This document shows positions 9,867-19,569 of a DNA stretch of 25,193 nucleotides, piece after piece. A model generated the notes under the pieces. It saw nothing but the letters and a program-made list of their open reading frames with translations, ran no database searches and was not told where the DNA came from. Origin of the DNA: Paraphysomonas bandaiensis (taxonomy: Eukaryota > Protista > Chrysophyceae); contig CBFFRP010000546.1 in the NCBI GenBank assembly GCA_965644295.1, positions 1 to 25,193 of the forward strand. Direction: 5' to 3'. Position 1 is the stretch's first letter. Every line of letters starts with the position of its first letter. Made by a program: the position numbers and the translations under genes.

Positions 9867-11798
9867 GGAAATGAAAGCTATAGGCTGCCACTGTATGCTC
9901 CCATCCTCTAATATTTTCTTTTGCAATAACACTGAACCTATTCCCAACTCACTAGCGTCAGTACGCAATGTCCACTCAAGATTATAATCAGGATAAAACA
10001 GCTCACAAGCGTCTTGTAGTCCAGCAATGAAACGACGATACTCTGCCTCGTAGTCATGCCGCCATGTGGACTTATCCCAATTGAAACTCGACTTTGTCAT
10101 GTCAGTCAAGTGAGCAACTAAGTCAGAGTATCTAGGCGTAAAACTAGAAAAGAATACCCCTTTACCCAGCAACGATCTGGCCTGTTTGGTGTTAGTAGGC
10201 ATTGGAATCTTGCCGAGAGCCTCCTTCTTATCGGGATTAACCTCATATGACTTGTGACGGCAAACATATCCAAAGAAATCCACTTTTCTAAACCCCAACC
10301 AGCTTTTTGGCATTTTAAGTTTCACATTCCTTTCAATACATCTGTCAATAATCTTTTCGAACTTCTCATAAGCATCCTTGGCATCATTAGCCAATATAAG
10401 CATGTTATCGAAAATGACTATGGCCCACTCAGAGAAATCATCGAATATTTCTCTCACAGTTTCCTGTAAAACTCCCGTGGCCGGAGCAATACCCTCTGGC
10501 ATGAAATTAGGAGCAAATTGCCCCCAAGGCGTCTGAATTGATAGGCGCTCAGAAGTTTCATCATCTAATGGAATTTGATGAAAAGCATTTGTTAAATCTA
10601 TATCCATGTATAGCGGAAAGTTGATAATCTTGTCCAACTCATGCTTAACATTAGGAATCGTATAATTTCCCACTTCCATGTGCTTGTTAATTTGCACATA
10701 GTCACCACAAAAACGGATATATGGAGGAGTGGCTTTGGGAGCAACCACTAGGCATGAAGCCCAAGGAGAACGACTCTTTCGGTAGAAATAGCCACACAGT
10801 CGCCGAAACTCCTTCTCCGAAGCCTCCCACAGCTTAGGATTGATCGGGCGAGCCTTTGGTTTCATTCGATCCGGGAGAGTGCTTTTCCATTTTAGAGACA
10901 AAGGGTCCACACCTCTCACACCGCTCCATTCGTCAGGCACGAACACTTTTTCAGCCTTCGTTGACAACAATTCCATAATCTTAGTTTCACTTTTCATTTC
11001 ATCACTGACATGAGTCTCTATCTGCTCATGATAGTCTTGGAGGGCTTCCTCCCTAGACTTTCCTAAGAATGTCAACGCATCCTTGAATTGAACCGGTAAC
11101 TCAGTTTCCTCATCCTCTGGGGCAATAGCATCACTCGCTCTTGACCATGGGTGCACACGGTCATCAGAGTCAACCGTGTCCCCTGCCAGAGATGACAACA
11201 CATTCGAATTTTCATTATCGGAGACACCCTCGATTTGAGTGTCATGTGCCTCACGCATAACAGCACACATGAAAGGATATAATTTTCCAGTCAGCGCAGG
11301 CAACCCCAAAATAATATCATTACTCGTCATATCGATCACAAAGAATTCACCCGTATATTGATAGGTATGACTCTTCGGATCAGTCAGCACTAAATTTAAT
11401 CTGACTCCTTCATTGAGATCCTTCACCGTTCTACTATCCGCCAATACCACACGGTGTTTAGCTTTATAAAAACGGCTCGGTTCTAGTTTGTTCCGCAATC
11501 TGTCCACCAAATCCCTCGACACATAATTGGCTGAGAGGGCTCCAGTGTCACACAATATTTTTACTAACTCCTCTATTCCAAATTTTCTATCTAAAGTAAT
11601 CCTTCCTATAGTGTGCGCTGAAGAGAAGCTCTTGGATGAAGGATAGCAGGCATACAGCTTAGCCTGATCCCCGATACAGACATTGGAGGAATTCGCAAAC
11701 TCATTAAGATCATTAGAATGCACTGAACATTCATCATTCTCATCCCGAGTCTTTGAATTGGAATCCTCCTTGTCTGTATCGTCACATCCACCGAACCA
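9863..11798 (-). CDS. pol: Pol N-terminal part: aspartic protease, reverse transcriptase, start of RNase H
   Basis: Protease: ILCDTGA and DIILG. RT: SPWASCLVVAPK, RFCGDY, DLTNAFHQI, FMPEGI, VIFDNMLI, VDFFGY. RNase H: LRTDASELGIGSVL. The frame is open from directly after the gag stop (11798). Confidence 0.93.
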
Positions 11799-13607
11799 TC
11801 AAGGGCGGGAATCACCGAAGTGATCCCTCCTCAAGATGGTCGGTTGTTTGTCCCTCTGCTCCGAACTTCCCGCAGACTTAAGATACGCATCGATCTTGTC
11901 CCGCATTTCGGACGCAGAATCCAACAGACATTTCGCATTATGATTATAAGGACAGTCTGTTTTGTCGCACTTGCCATACATGATTTTTCTTAGACACCCA
12001 TACTTATCGGTCTTATTATTCTGAGCACCAGTTGGTCTAGCATGCATGGCTGACAGAGACCTATCAGAGTTAAAACGACGCTCCTCATCAACTGCTGCGT
12101 CATTACCCGACATTGGTTTCACATCTGTCATCATAGCGACTTGTTTATCGTCATGTACCTCCAGATTACTGGACCGCCAAGTCTCACTCGGAGCATCCCA
12201 CAAATCATCATCATTGGGTACATACCCATCATTATCATCCCACTCATCGTTATAGTTTCCTCCAGACTCATCGTAAGTATCTAGATGTGACACTTGCGAA
12301 ACCCTTGGTTTAGAATCAACACGACTGTTCAACGAAGGTTTGTTGGACTGTTGAGAGAATAGTTCCTTTCTCCTCTTAAGATAGTCCTCGTGCTTCTGTT
12401 GAAACATCGTAGTCGACTCCATAGGTAACTGTCGGTACGCGATGGTTACTTGATAATGATCCAAGAGTACAGCCGAATACTCTTTGAAAAATTCGCTCAT
12501 AGAGTCAAATTTATTTGTCGACATGCACCCCAACACATACTTAACATAGGTCCCGTCATTCAAAGTCTTAAAGAGTCTTATCAATCCGTACTCTTTGTCA
12601 TCGATACGAGGACACCATGTTTTGTTTGAGACCAACATGATAGACAACATTGTTTGGAACGACTGCATCAAGTTCAATTGCTGATGATAGAATGCCTCAA
12701 AAGTCACAGCATTTACATACTTCCAGTCCATAATTTGGATATGTTTCAATGAATCTCTGAGTTCATTATAAAATGCCACGCAATTGAACACTTTGGTCTC
12801 CTGAGCCACAATGAGAAGCAAATCCGAAACATCCATTTGTGCTAGCTGCGCATGTGTGATGCTGTACACATTCCGCAGATGTGCCTTCAAACTGGTTGAA
12901 AGTACCTTTTGAATTCGCACCTCAGTTTCTTCTTGCTCTTGAAACTCTAAGATGTCTTTGATCGCTTTCGCCACTTTACCCAACTTGAAGTCATTGATGC
13001 GAACATGACACCTCCTTTCCTCTCTAGTTATGGTAACTGTTTTGGCACTAGCCACCTCAGAACTTTTCTTCAAATCCCTGAATAACTTGCCCGCTTTCTT
13101 GCCCTTGAAGATGTTATCCATGAGGGTAGGCACATCATTAGCACCATCACCATCAACATCGGGATTCGAACCATCGTCCTCCTTGTTGCTATTATCTTCC
13201 TGAGGAATCATGCGAAACTTAGCCATGTTTTCCAGAGTGGAATACCTCGGCTGACGTTTGTGTTTCGACGTGCGCTTGGTAACCTTTTGCCGCTGATGTG
13301 AGCCCACAGAAGCCTGAGACTGACTGCTCTCACCATCCTCAACATTTTGTACTCTATTCTCCAATATTTGCATCCTGCTGCTGAGGTTAGACACTGCAGT
13401 AGCCACCTCTGTAAAAGACTGAGACATGGCACGAACTGTGTCCAAAATCTCCTGGTTTGGATTGATGTTTGGAGCAGAAGACTCCTGAACGACATCCTGC
13501 ACACCTCCAGCAGCATCTTGTTTGGTTTCACCACTACCAGCGGCTTCCTGATCTTTCCCAGGAGTTTTCTTGCCGCCTCTCCTCGTTTTACCAGTCGGAG
13601 TAGACAT
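11799..13607 (-). CDS. gag: Gag protein with a coiled coil and a C-terminal CCCH-type zinc finger
   Basis: ~600-aa ORF between the 5' LTR and pol; first ATG at 13607. Motif CLRKIMYGKCDKTDCPYNH. Identity assigned mainly from position. Confidence 0.85.
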   Translation of the reverse strand: MSTPTGKTRRGGKKTPGKDQEAAGSGETKQDAAGGVQDVVQESSAPNINPNQEILDTVRAMSQSFTEVATAVSNLSSRMQILENRVQNVEDGESSQSQASVGSHQRQKVTKRTSKHKRQPRYSTLENMAKFRMIPQEDNSNKEDDGSNPDVDGDGANDVPTLMDNIFKGKKAGKLFRDLKKSSEVASAKTVTITREERRCHVRINDFKLGKVAKAIKDILEFQEQEETEVRIQKVLSTSLKAHLRNVYSITHAQLAQMDVSDLLLIVAQETKVFNCVAFYNELRDSLKHIQIMDWKYVNAVTFEAFYHQQLNLMQSFQTMLSIMLVSNKTWCPRIDDKEYGLIRLFKTLNDGTYVKYVLGCMSTNKFDSMSEFFKEYSAVLLDHYQVTIAYRQLPMESTTMFQQKHEDYLKRRKELFSQQSNKPSLNSRVDSKPRVSQVSHLDTYDESGGNYNDEWDDNDGYVPNDDDLWDAPSETWRSSNLEVHDDKQVAMMTDVKPMSGNDAAVDEERRFNSDRSLSAMHARPTGAQNNKTDKYGCLRKIMYGKCDKTDCPYNHNAKCLLDSASEMRDKIDAYLKSAGSSEQRDKQPTILRRDHFGDSRP

Positions 13608-14122
13608 GGTTAATGAGAAGAACTTCCGCCTCAAAGACTATATCCACCAAACTTTTCCCTAACACACTGAGACAAGCAACCCTGGCAACTCCTAGAACCA
13701 CTGACCCAGAACTCAACAACACACCAAGACAAATCCCAAAGACAACCCTGCGTAAGAATCCAAAACTCAACACTCAACACTCAACACTCAAAACCGTTGA
13801 ACCCGTCGGATTTGTACAAGTGACAACAGTTAACACACAGGCGGTATCCACGGTCGATTGACTTCGAAAAGAACCGAATTTCCTCAGTCACCACACTGTG
13901 AATCAAACAATCACCACTGAACAAAGAGCCTAGAGAACAACTACTGACAACTCACACCCAGAGAACAACAGACAACCAACAACAACCGGCAACCGAAGGC
14001 AACAGACAACAAGCCCAAAGAATCAAGCCCAAAGAAGCGTGTCGCAGTTAGTTTCTTATAAGAGTGTGAAACAACAGCGCAAAGACAGAAATTTCTGTAC
14101 GAGCAGTAAAGTAAATATTTAC

Positions 14123-15128
14123 TATAACAACACCCGGTTTGATAACCAGGGTGTTGGCTCGTAAACAATAAAACTACAACAACACCTACACTGAACCAAC
14201 AAGCACAGTAATAACGGTATTATTATTAAAACACTTTTTCCAAGTTTAGACCTAAACTCAGTTAGTGACTCCCGCGAAGAGTCACCGCGCAATGGTATAC
14301 CGCTGGTACCCAAGATCACTAGCACCAAGCTTTGGTCTAACTTAAAACAAGTGATAAACACCATAGAAGCACATATGCACACACACACACTCCTAACATG
14401 GTGCAACACACGTGGTGTCATCACACCACCACAGGTTGCGCAACTCTTCAATCAAAACTGAAAAATACACAGCAACCTGACAGGGAGTGACTCACCAGCA
14501 TATGCCGAGAGTACACCGTATACTACGTATCTATACCCTACCAGAGACTGAAAACCCCATAATCCAGGAAATACATAAATACGGTACGTATAGTACGTAT
14601 AGTACGCACACCACATTTGCAATCGAACCCCAATAAGCCTTGCATGAACACTCGTGCACCTCAAGTGTATAATAGCGACTTCTCTCCTTTGATGGTCACA
14701 TGTACTTGCCCCCCTATAGGGTAGTACGGGTAATACATGTATGTATTTATATGGAAGTATGTACTGCAACTGCTATACAGGAATACGGGCCCACATAACT
14801 TTGATATAAATTTGCAGCAGGTTTCACATCGACCGAAGTCACCAGCAGCAGATCATAGTCGTACATCATCATCAGCAGATAAAAATTGGACATCATACCC
14901 GAACGTTGGCTCAATATGTAGGTACACTGTGGTACATTACCAATGTCCAAATGGTGTTGCATAATATGTATCCTGAACACAATGAAGGTCCTAAAGCAAT
15001 ATATAGGGTCCTGATATAGGGTCCTAAACCAACATAGGGTCCTAAAAGTCAATGTAACCATGCATGTGACTCAATAGCGTGTTACTATAGCCACGTAGAT
15101 AGGGCATGGGAAATGCCACGTGGTCACA
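14123..15128 (-). repeat. 5' LTR (1006 bp)
   Basis: Direct repeat of 6629-7630, followed on the + strand by the TSD GGCC. Confidence 0.97.
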
Positions 15129-15311
15129 GGCCTGACGAAGGTACTCCTTAAAACGATGTTCAAAGTGAGGGAAGTCACTGATAGAAGCGGGGTATTGAGG
15201 AACCGTCCAATTCTGGACCATCAAGGAGAGATTCTCGAGGTATGTGGAGAGTCTGTCACAGTCAGCGACAGATAATTCATGAATTGCAGTACTAGCAGGT
15301 GGAAGAGGCAT
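15129..15311 (-). pseudogene. gag: N-terminal part of the interrupted Gag-like ORF
   Basis: MPLPPAST...SDFPHFEHRFKEYLRQA joins in frame to KLLDILTQ... (6624 downward) once the Gypsy element and one TSD copy are removed. Confidence 0.8.
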
Positions 15312-15951
15312 CAGTGAAGGACAAGTAGAACGTGAAGAATCCGCTACCAAGTCAGCAAGTGATGTGTGAGCAGGAGAAAGCAATCGAGCTTAATTATATA
15401 TATTATAATTATGTGAGATATCAAAAGAACAACCTAGACAAAACTTCAACCATCGTACGTGAAGTGACTCCATCGTACGTGGTGTACTTGACAATATCGT
15501 ACCTATGTACAAGTACATAAGTACATAAGTACACAGTACGCTATATGGAATGAAGAGGAGCGACGGAGCTCATACTCCAACACACACAGAGAGAGGGGGG
15601 GGGGTCTTCGACCCTAGCCGTGTTAACCGTGACCATAAAAACTATTAATTTATACTGACCCTTACCCCTATGGTATCGCTGTGTATCACGTACAAGTGCT
15701 TCCAATATTGTACATTACATTTTTTTATACACTTTTTTACATAAAAAATGTCGTGTCACCTTTCACAATAAAAAATGCAAAAAAAATCTTATTTTCACAA
15801 ATTTTGCAACTGTATACACTACATTTTTTACAACATTTTTCTTTAAAAAAAACTTTTTTCTAAAAAAATAAATTCCAAAATAAATATTTTCAACAAAAAT
15901 GTCAAAAAAAATGCAATCAAAATAAAATAATACTATACATATTAACCCCAG

Positions 15952-16017
15952 CGATCAACCGACCCTATTAACCAAACGATCAACCAACCCTATTAACCAA
16001 ACGATATACCGACCCTG
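15952..16017. repeat. 25-bp tandem repeat (~2.6 copies) in the putative viral terminal region
   Basis: CGATCAACCRACCCTATTAACCAAA at 15952 and 15977, with a degenerate third copy at 16002. Confidence 0.9.
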
Positions 16018-16105
16018 ACTTAAACACCGAACAATTACAACAGATAGACGGAACAACAGACCTGTTTAACACTATATATAGACATGCCGTATTTTACTCC
16101 CTGTT

Positions 16106-16158
16106 TTACATATGTAAGAATATAAAATAATTAAAAAAAAATATATAGTTATATTATA
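16106..16158 (+). promoter_or_regulatory. Putative viral promoter block, duplicated at 16615-16668
   Basis: TTACATATGTAA palindrome + ATATAAAATAATTAAAAAAAAATATATAGTTATATTATA directly before the ATG at 16159. A near-identical block precedes the (reconstructed) ORF at 19570. Confidence 0.65.
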
Positions 16159-16590
16159 ATGTCAAAAGAATTAAAATATTTTCATTGTTGTAGTAATGTT
16201 GATTCCGAGCGTAACGGTAAGTACTACTACAAACATAAAAAGTACATTCATAATGATCCATTTGACTGTCTAAAACATAAGTTAAATAGGCCAGCTGATG
16301 AAGTCAATGATATAATAAGCAAACGGTTTAAAAAGGGTGTTTTAAGTAGCAATTTTTTTACTTTTAGACCATGTAATAATTTACCTGAATGTTATGATTG
16401 GCATAAAAAATTTGTTATTGATTCAGGTTTTAGAGAACACGAAGATGATGACATTCAAGATGAATTTTATCTTAAAAATAAGTTTTGGGATTCAGTTGTT
16501 TATATCATTGAAAATGACGGCGATAAAGAGAAAATGGAAACGGATAAGTGGGTATATTCAATGAATATTATTGATAAACTAACGCATTAA
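16159..16590 (+). CDS. Hypothetical viral protein (143 aa)
   Basis: ATG-initiated ORF with AT-rich codons, preceded by the conserved upstream motif. No recognisable domain. Confidence 0.75.
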   Translation: MSKELKYFHCCSNVDSERNGKYYYKHKKYIHNDPFDCLKHKLNRPADEVNDIISKRFKKGVLSSNFFTFRPCNNLPECYDWHKKFVIDSGFREHEDDDIQDEFYLKNKFWDSVVYIIENDGDKEKMETDKWVYSMNIIDKLTH

Positions 16591-16668
16591 AAATACTATA
16601 ATTTATTTCAATTATTACATATGTAAAAATATAAAATAATTAAAAAAAAATATATAGTTATATATTAT

Positions 16669-16853
16669 AGTTAAAGTATGAAGTACTTTAGAGGAGAAAA
16701 GGTATATTATATATTAAGGACAACTGATGTAAACATGTCAATGTGTGATGACAATGAATGGATATGCATGCATGTGACATACTATCCATTCATTCATAAT
16801 ACGTAGTGCGTATGTGATAGGAAAACTACGGAAGCGAAGTTTACACTTCAACT
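16669..16853 (-). repeat. 3' LTR (185 bp)
   Basis: Identical by eye to 19379-19563. Confidence 0.95.
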
Positions 16854-16860
16854 CTCCCCC
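16854..16860 (-). promoter_or_regulatory. Polypurine tract
   Basis: Minus-strand GGGGGAG abuts the 3' LTR. Confidence 0.8.
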
Positions 16861-16910
16861 TAAAACTAAGCGTACGTATGTAATGAACAACATGAAAACT
16901 AGGTACTAAG

Positions 16911-16960
16911 CTAGATACTGAAAATAGAATAGATACTGAAAATAGAATAGATACTGAAAA
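16911..16960. repeat. 18-bp tandem repeat (~2.7 copies)
   Basis: AGATACTGAAAATAGAAT repeated. Confidence 0.9.
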
Positions 16961-19092
16961 CCCGAAAAGAAAACCATGATGGTATGATGGATGCATGGGA
17001 AAACAAAAGGGAAAGTATCCAACAATAGAATATATATACCATAACTATAAGATATAGTGTGTGCAGAGGACCAGATGGGGCATACCATCTACGAGTCATA
17101 CACTCCCACTAATATAATATATAGGTAATGACATATGTATATATAATATATGTATATATATATATACTGATATTATGAGCACAACGGTCATCGTATCGTA
17201 GAACTACTATAGTTCTGAAGTAGTCAAACACAAACTTCAAAGCAAATCAATCCACGCTATAGCAAGACACGAAGTTCATACGCAGTAGATGAAGGATTGA
17301 ATCGAATATATTATGCTTTTAATATTGCCGTTTTAATTTAATGCTCATATCGTAAGTATGATACATCAGAATATAAGATAGATAATGCATAACAAGAGTG
17401 AATCTTAATGATTATAATCAATATAGTATTATATACCTGTCACCTTGAAATGCTTGAAAATCATGAACAGCTTAATATGGAAATGTTTTCTGTTGAATGT
17501 CTACATGACAACAATGAAAGAACAGATGAAACATATTAAATCACTGGACTATATAGAGCCAGGTAAATACAAACGCTGAACTGATAATTGCATATATCGC
17601 ATGAAAGTGCGCAATGCAGATTAAGATAATCAGTGCCTCTATAATAGTAGGGCAGCAGAGTTAAAACTCTGATTGTGAGGCTGTTCTACCTGTGGAACAA
17701 AACCAGCACTATTCCATACTTGTGGAAATAAAAGATATATATATGCCTGCCTTTTATAATGATAATAAGGGGCTAAAATATGATATGCCTGCCATAAATA
17801 GGGGGCAATAAACTGATATGCCTGCCTTACCAATGAGGGGGCTGTACCATTTGAATAAAAGATGCCTGCTAATGAGCGGCAATAATATGACTGTGAATCC
17901 GACTGCTGTGCCCTATGCGGGGAGCTTGTCGACACGTCAAGTGAACTCAACAGGACTATTAACTATATCCTGAGGTAACACTATATATAGAGAGAGGAGA
18001 ACTGTTCTCTCAACCGAATCATCGTCGGGAGGTATACGAGCTCCTTCAACAATAGACTTCAATGGAGCGACCGTCAGTCTGAGGGACCACATCGAAAGCC
18101 GGCTGTAACGCGATTTCTGAGGTAGCTGGCTCGTTGGCTGCTCCAACAGATTTCTCGTCATGCACAATAACATCGGGTTCGTGACACTGTATGGAGGGAT
18201 CATTCCCGTCGGTATCCTCCTCCTGTACAAGTTCATCATCGGACTCATCATGAATCCGCTCCCGTGCTTGGAAAGGTGACACTAGTTTAAAGGCATGCTG
18301 AATATGAATCTGACATCCGCAGTCTCGAGGACCATATGCCTGTGCTCGGTCTATACACTTTATACGTACGGTGAAGAGATCAACACTCAACAACTCCGAT
18401 AAATAAAGATAGAGAGAAACAATTGTCATGATTGGATAGCGCTTCTGAAGGCTGAAAGACGATACGCCAACAGAGCAAAAACATATGGTTTATAACCATC
18501 ATAACAACATCTGATACATCACCAGAAGAAGAAAGCAGACGAAAGGAATAATCCACATAATATATAAGCTGCTGATGAACAGAGCAACATTCTCTTGAAT
18601 AACAGGTTTGAGTACAAACTGGTGCACAATGAAACCCTTGTGGATAGGATAAAGCAATCGTCACTGTCAAACTCTCAAGAAATAACTCTCATTGAATAAA
18701 CGAGGAGAAAATCGTGCTCTCAAGCACAACTGCTGTGCGAGGCTAACATATGACTCACAACAAGCAATCTCTTACTGCAGGGTTGACTCCCTGAGAAGGC
18801 GAATAGTAGTCATCGAAAGAATATTCACAGCCATCAACATGAAGTCTAACCACTCCTGGTGTATCACCGGACAAAGCGTCTCAAGGTGTCAAAATCAGCA
18901 CACATGGTGGAGACAAGTCATCAAAATCAGACTGGCTGGAATGGACATGTGCATTAGTATATACACTGTCATCTCCTTAAAGTCATATAAAACACACTGC
19001 AGGAACACAAACAAGAAACAGACAGACTGTCGATTTGTTTTCAGTGCCCAAAAAAATGCATATTCTCCGGAAATATTCTCTTAAAAAAAAAC

Positions 19093-19225
19093 GATTTTCC
19101 GAGTTTTAACAAAAAAGTACATATTTTCCGGAAATTGATTCCAAAACCCACGGATTTTCGAGTTTGAACAAAAAGGTACATATTTTCCGGAAATTGATTC
19201 CAAAACCCCCGGATTTTCGAGTTTT
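19093..19225. repeat. ~60-bp tandem repeat in the leader of the small LTR element
   Basis: GTACATATTTTCCGGAAATTGATTCCAAAACCCMCGGATTTTCGAGTTT occurs twice. Each copy contains the palindrome TTTCCGGAAA. Confidence 0.9.
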
Positions 19226-19358
19226 CGAGAAACAGTAGAGTTCAAAGGAAGCACATCGTGTATTTCGTCTGTGTACAGATGACAGGCTTGTTTCATATGT
19301 TGATGCCGTCATTCCACCAGTGATGTGGAGGCGAACAAACAAACAAATAAGGTTGGTT

Positions 19359-19378
19359 ATCGTAACCATCTGCTACCA
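19359..19378 (-). promoter_or_regulatory. Primer-binding site complementary to initiator tRNA-Met
   Basis: Minus-strand TGGTAGCAGA-TGGTTACGAT directly after the 5' LTR. The first 10 nt pair with the 3' end (...UCUGCUACCA) found in many eukaryotic tRNA-iMet. Confidence 0.85.
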
Positions 19379-19563
19379 AGTTAAAGTATGAAGTACTTTA
19401 GAGGAGAAAAGGTATATTATATATTAAGGACAACTGATGTAAACATGTCAATGTGTGATGACAATGAATGGATATGCATGCATGTGACATACTATCCATT
19501 CATTCATAATACGTAGTGCGTATGTGATAGGAAAACTACGGAAGCGAAGTTTACACTTCAACT
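19379..19563 (-). repeat. 5' LTR (185 bp)
   Basis: Copy of 16669-16853. Confidence 0.95.
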
Positions 19564-19569
19564 ATTATA

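Larger units (their letters stand above)
6629..15128 (-). mobile_element. Full-length Ty3/Gypsy (chromodomain-bearing) LTR retrotransposon
   Basis: Two ~1-kb near-identical LTRs, gag, PR-RT-RH-IN-chromodomain order, PPT, and target-site duplication GGCC(T) at 6625-6628 and 15129-15132. Confidence 0.97.
16669..19563 (-). mobile_element. Non-autonomous LTR retroelement (2895 bp) inserted in the Polinton-like virus
   Basis: 185-bp direct repeats with AGTT...AACT ends, 5-bp TSD ATTAT (16664-16668 and 19564-19568), PBS and PPT on the minus strand. No gag or pol motifs inside. Confidence 0.92.

Noticed and set aside
8097-13861. Short overlapping or antisense ORFs inside gag and pol
   Set aside because: Shadow frames of the real coding sequence.
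14744-14777. Self-priming partner sequence in the LTR (minus-strand AGTACATACTT vs required AGTAAATATTT)
   Set aside because: Only 9 of 11 matches in AT-rich DNA and the transcript start is unknown. Too weak to claim.
15384-15579. LTR or PBS for the Copia-like gag element
   Set aside because: Only short repeats (CCATCGTACGTG x2, AAGTACAT x2-3) are seen, with no partner repeat in the window. A 10-bp inverted match to ~917-926 is compatible with chance.
15681-15863. 60-aa ORF in the terminal region
   Set aside because: GTG start, low-complexity A/T tracts, and no upstream motif.
16669-19563. Assembly duplication explaining the 185-bp repeat
   Set aside because: TSD, PBS, PPT and inverted LTR ends are all correctly placed, which supports a real retroelement.
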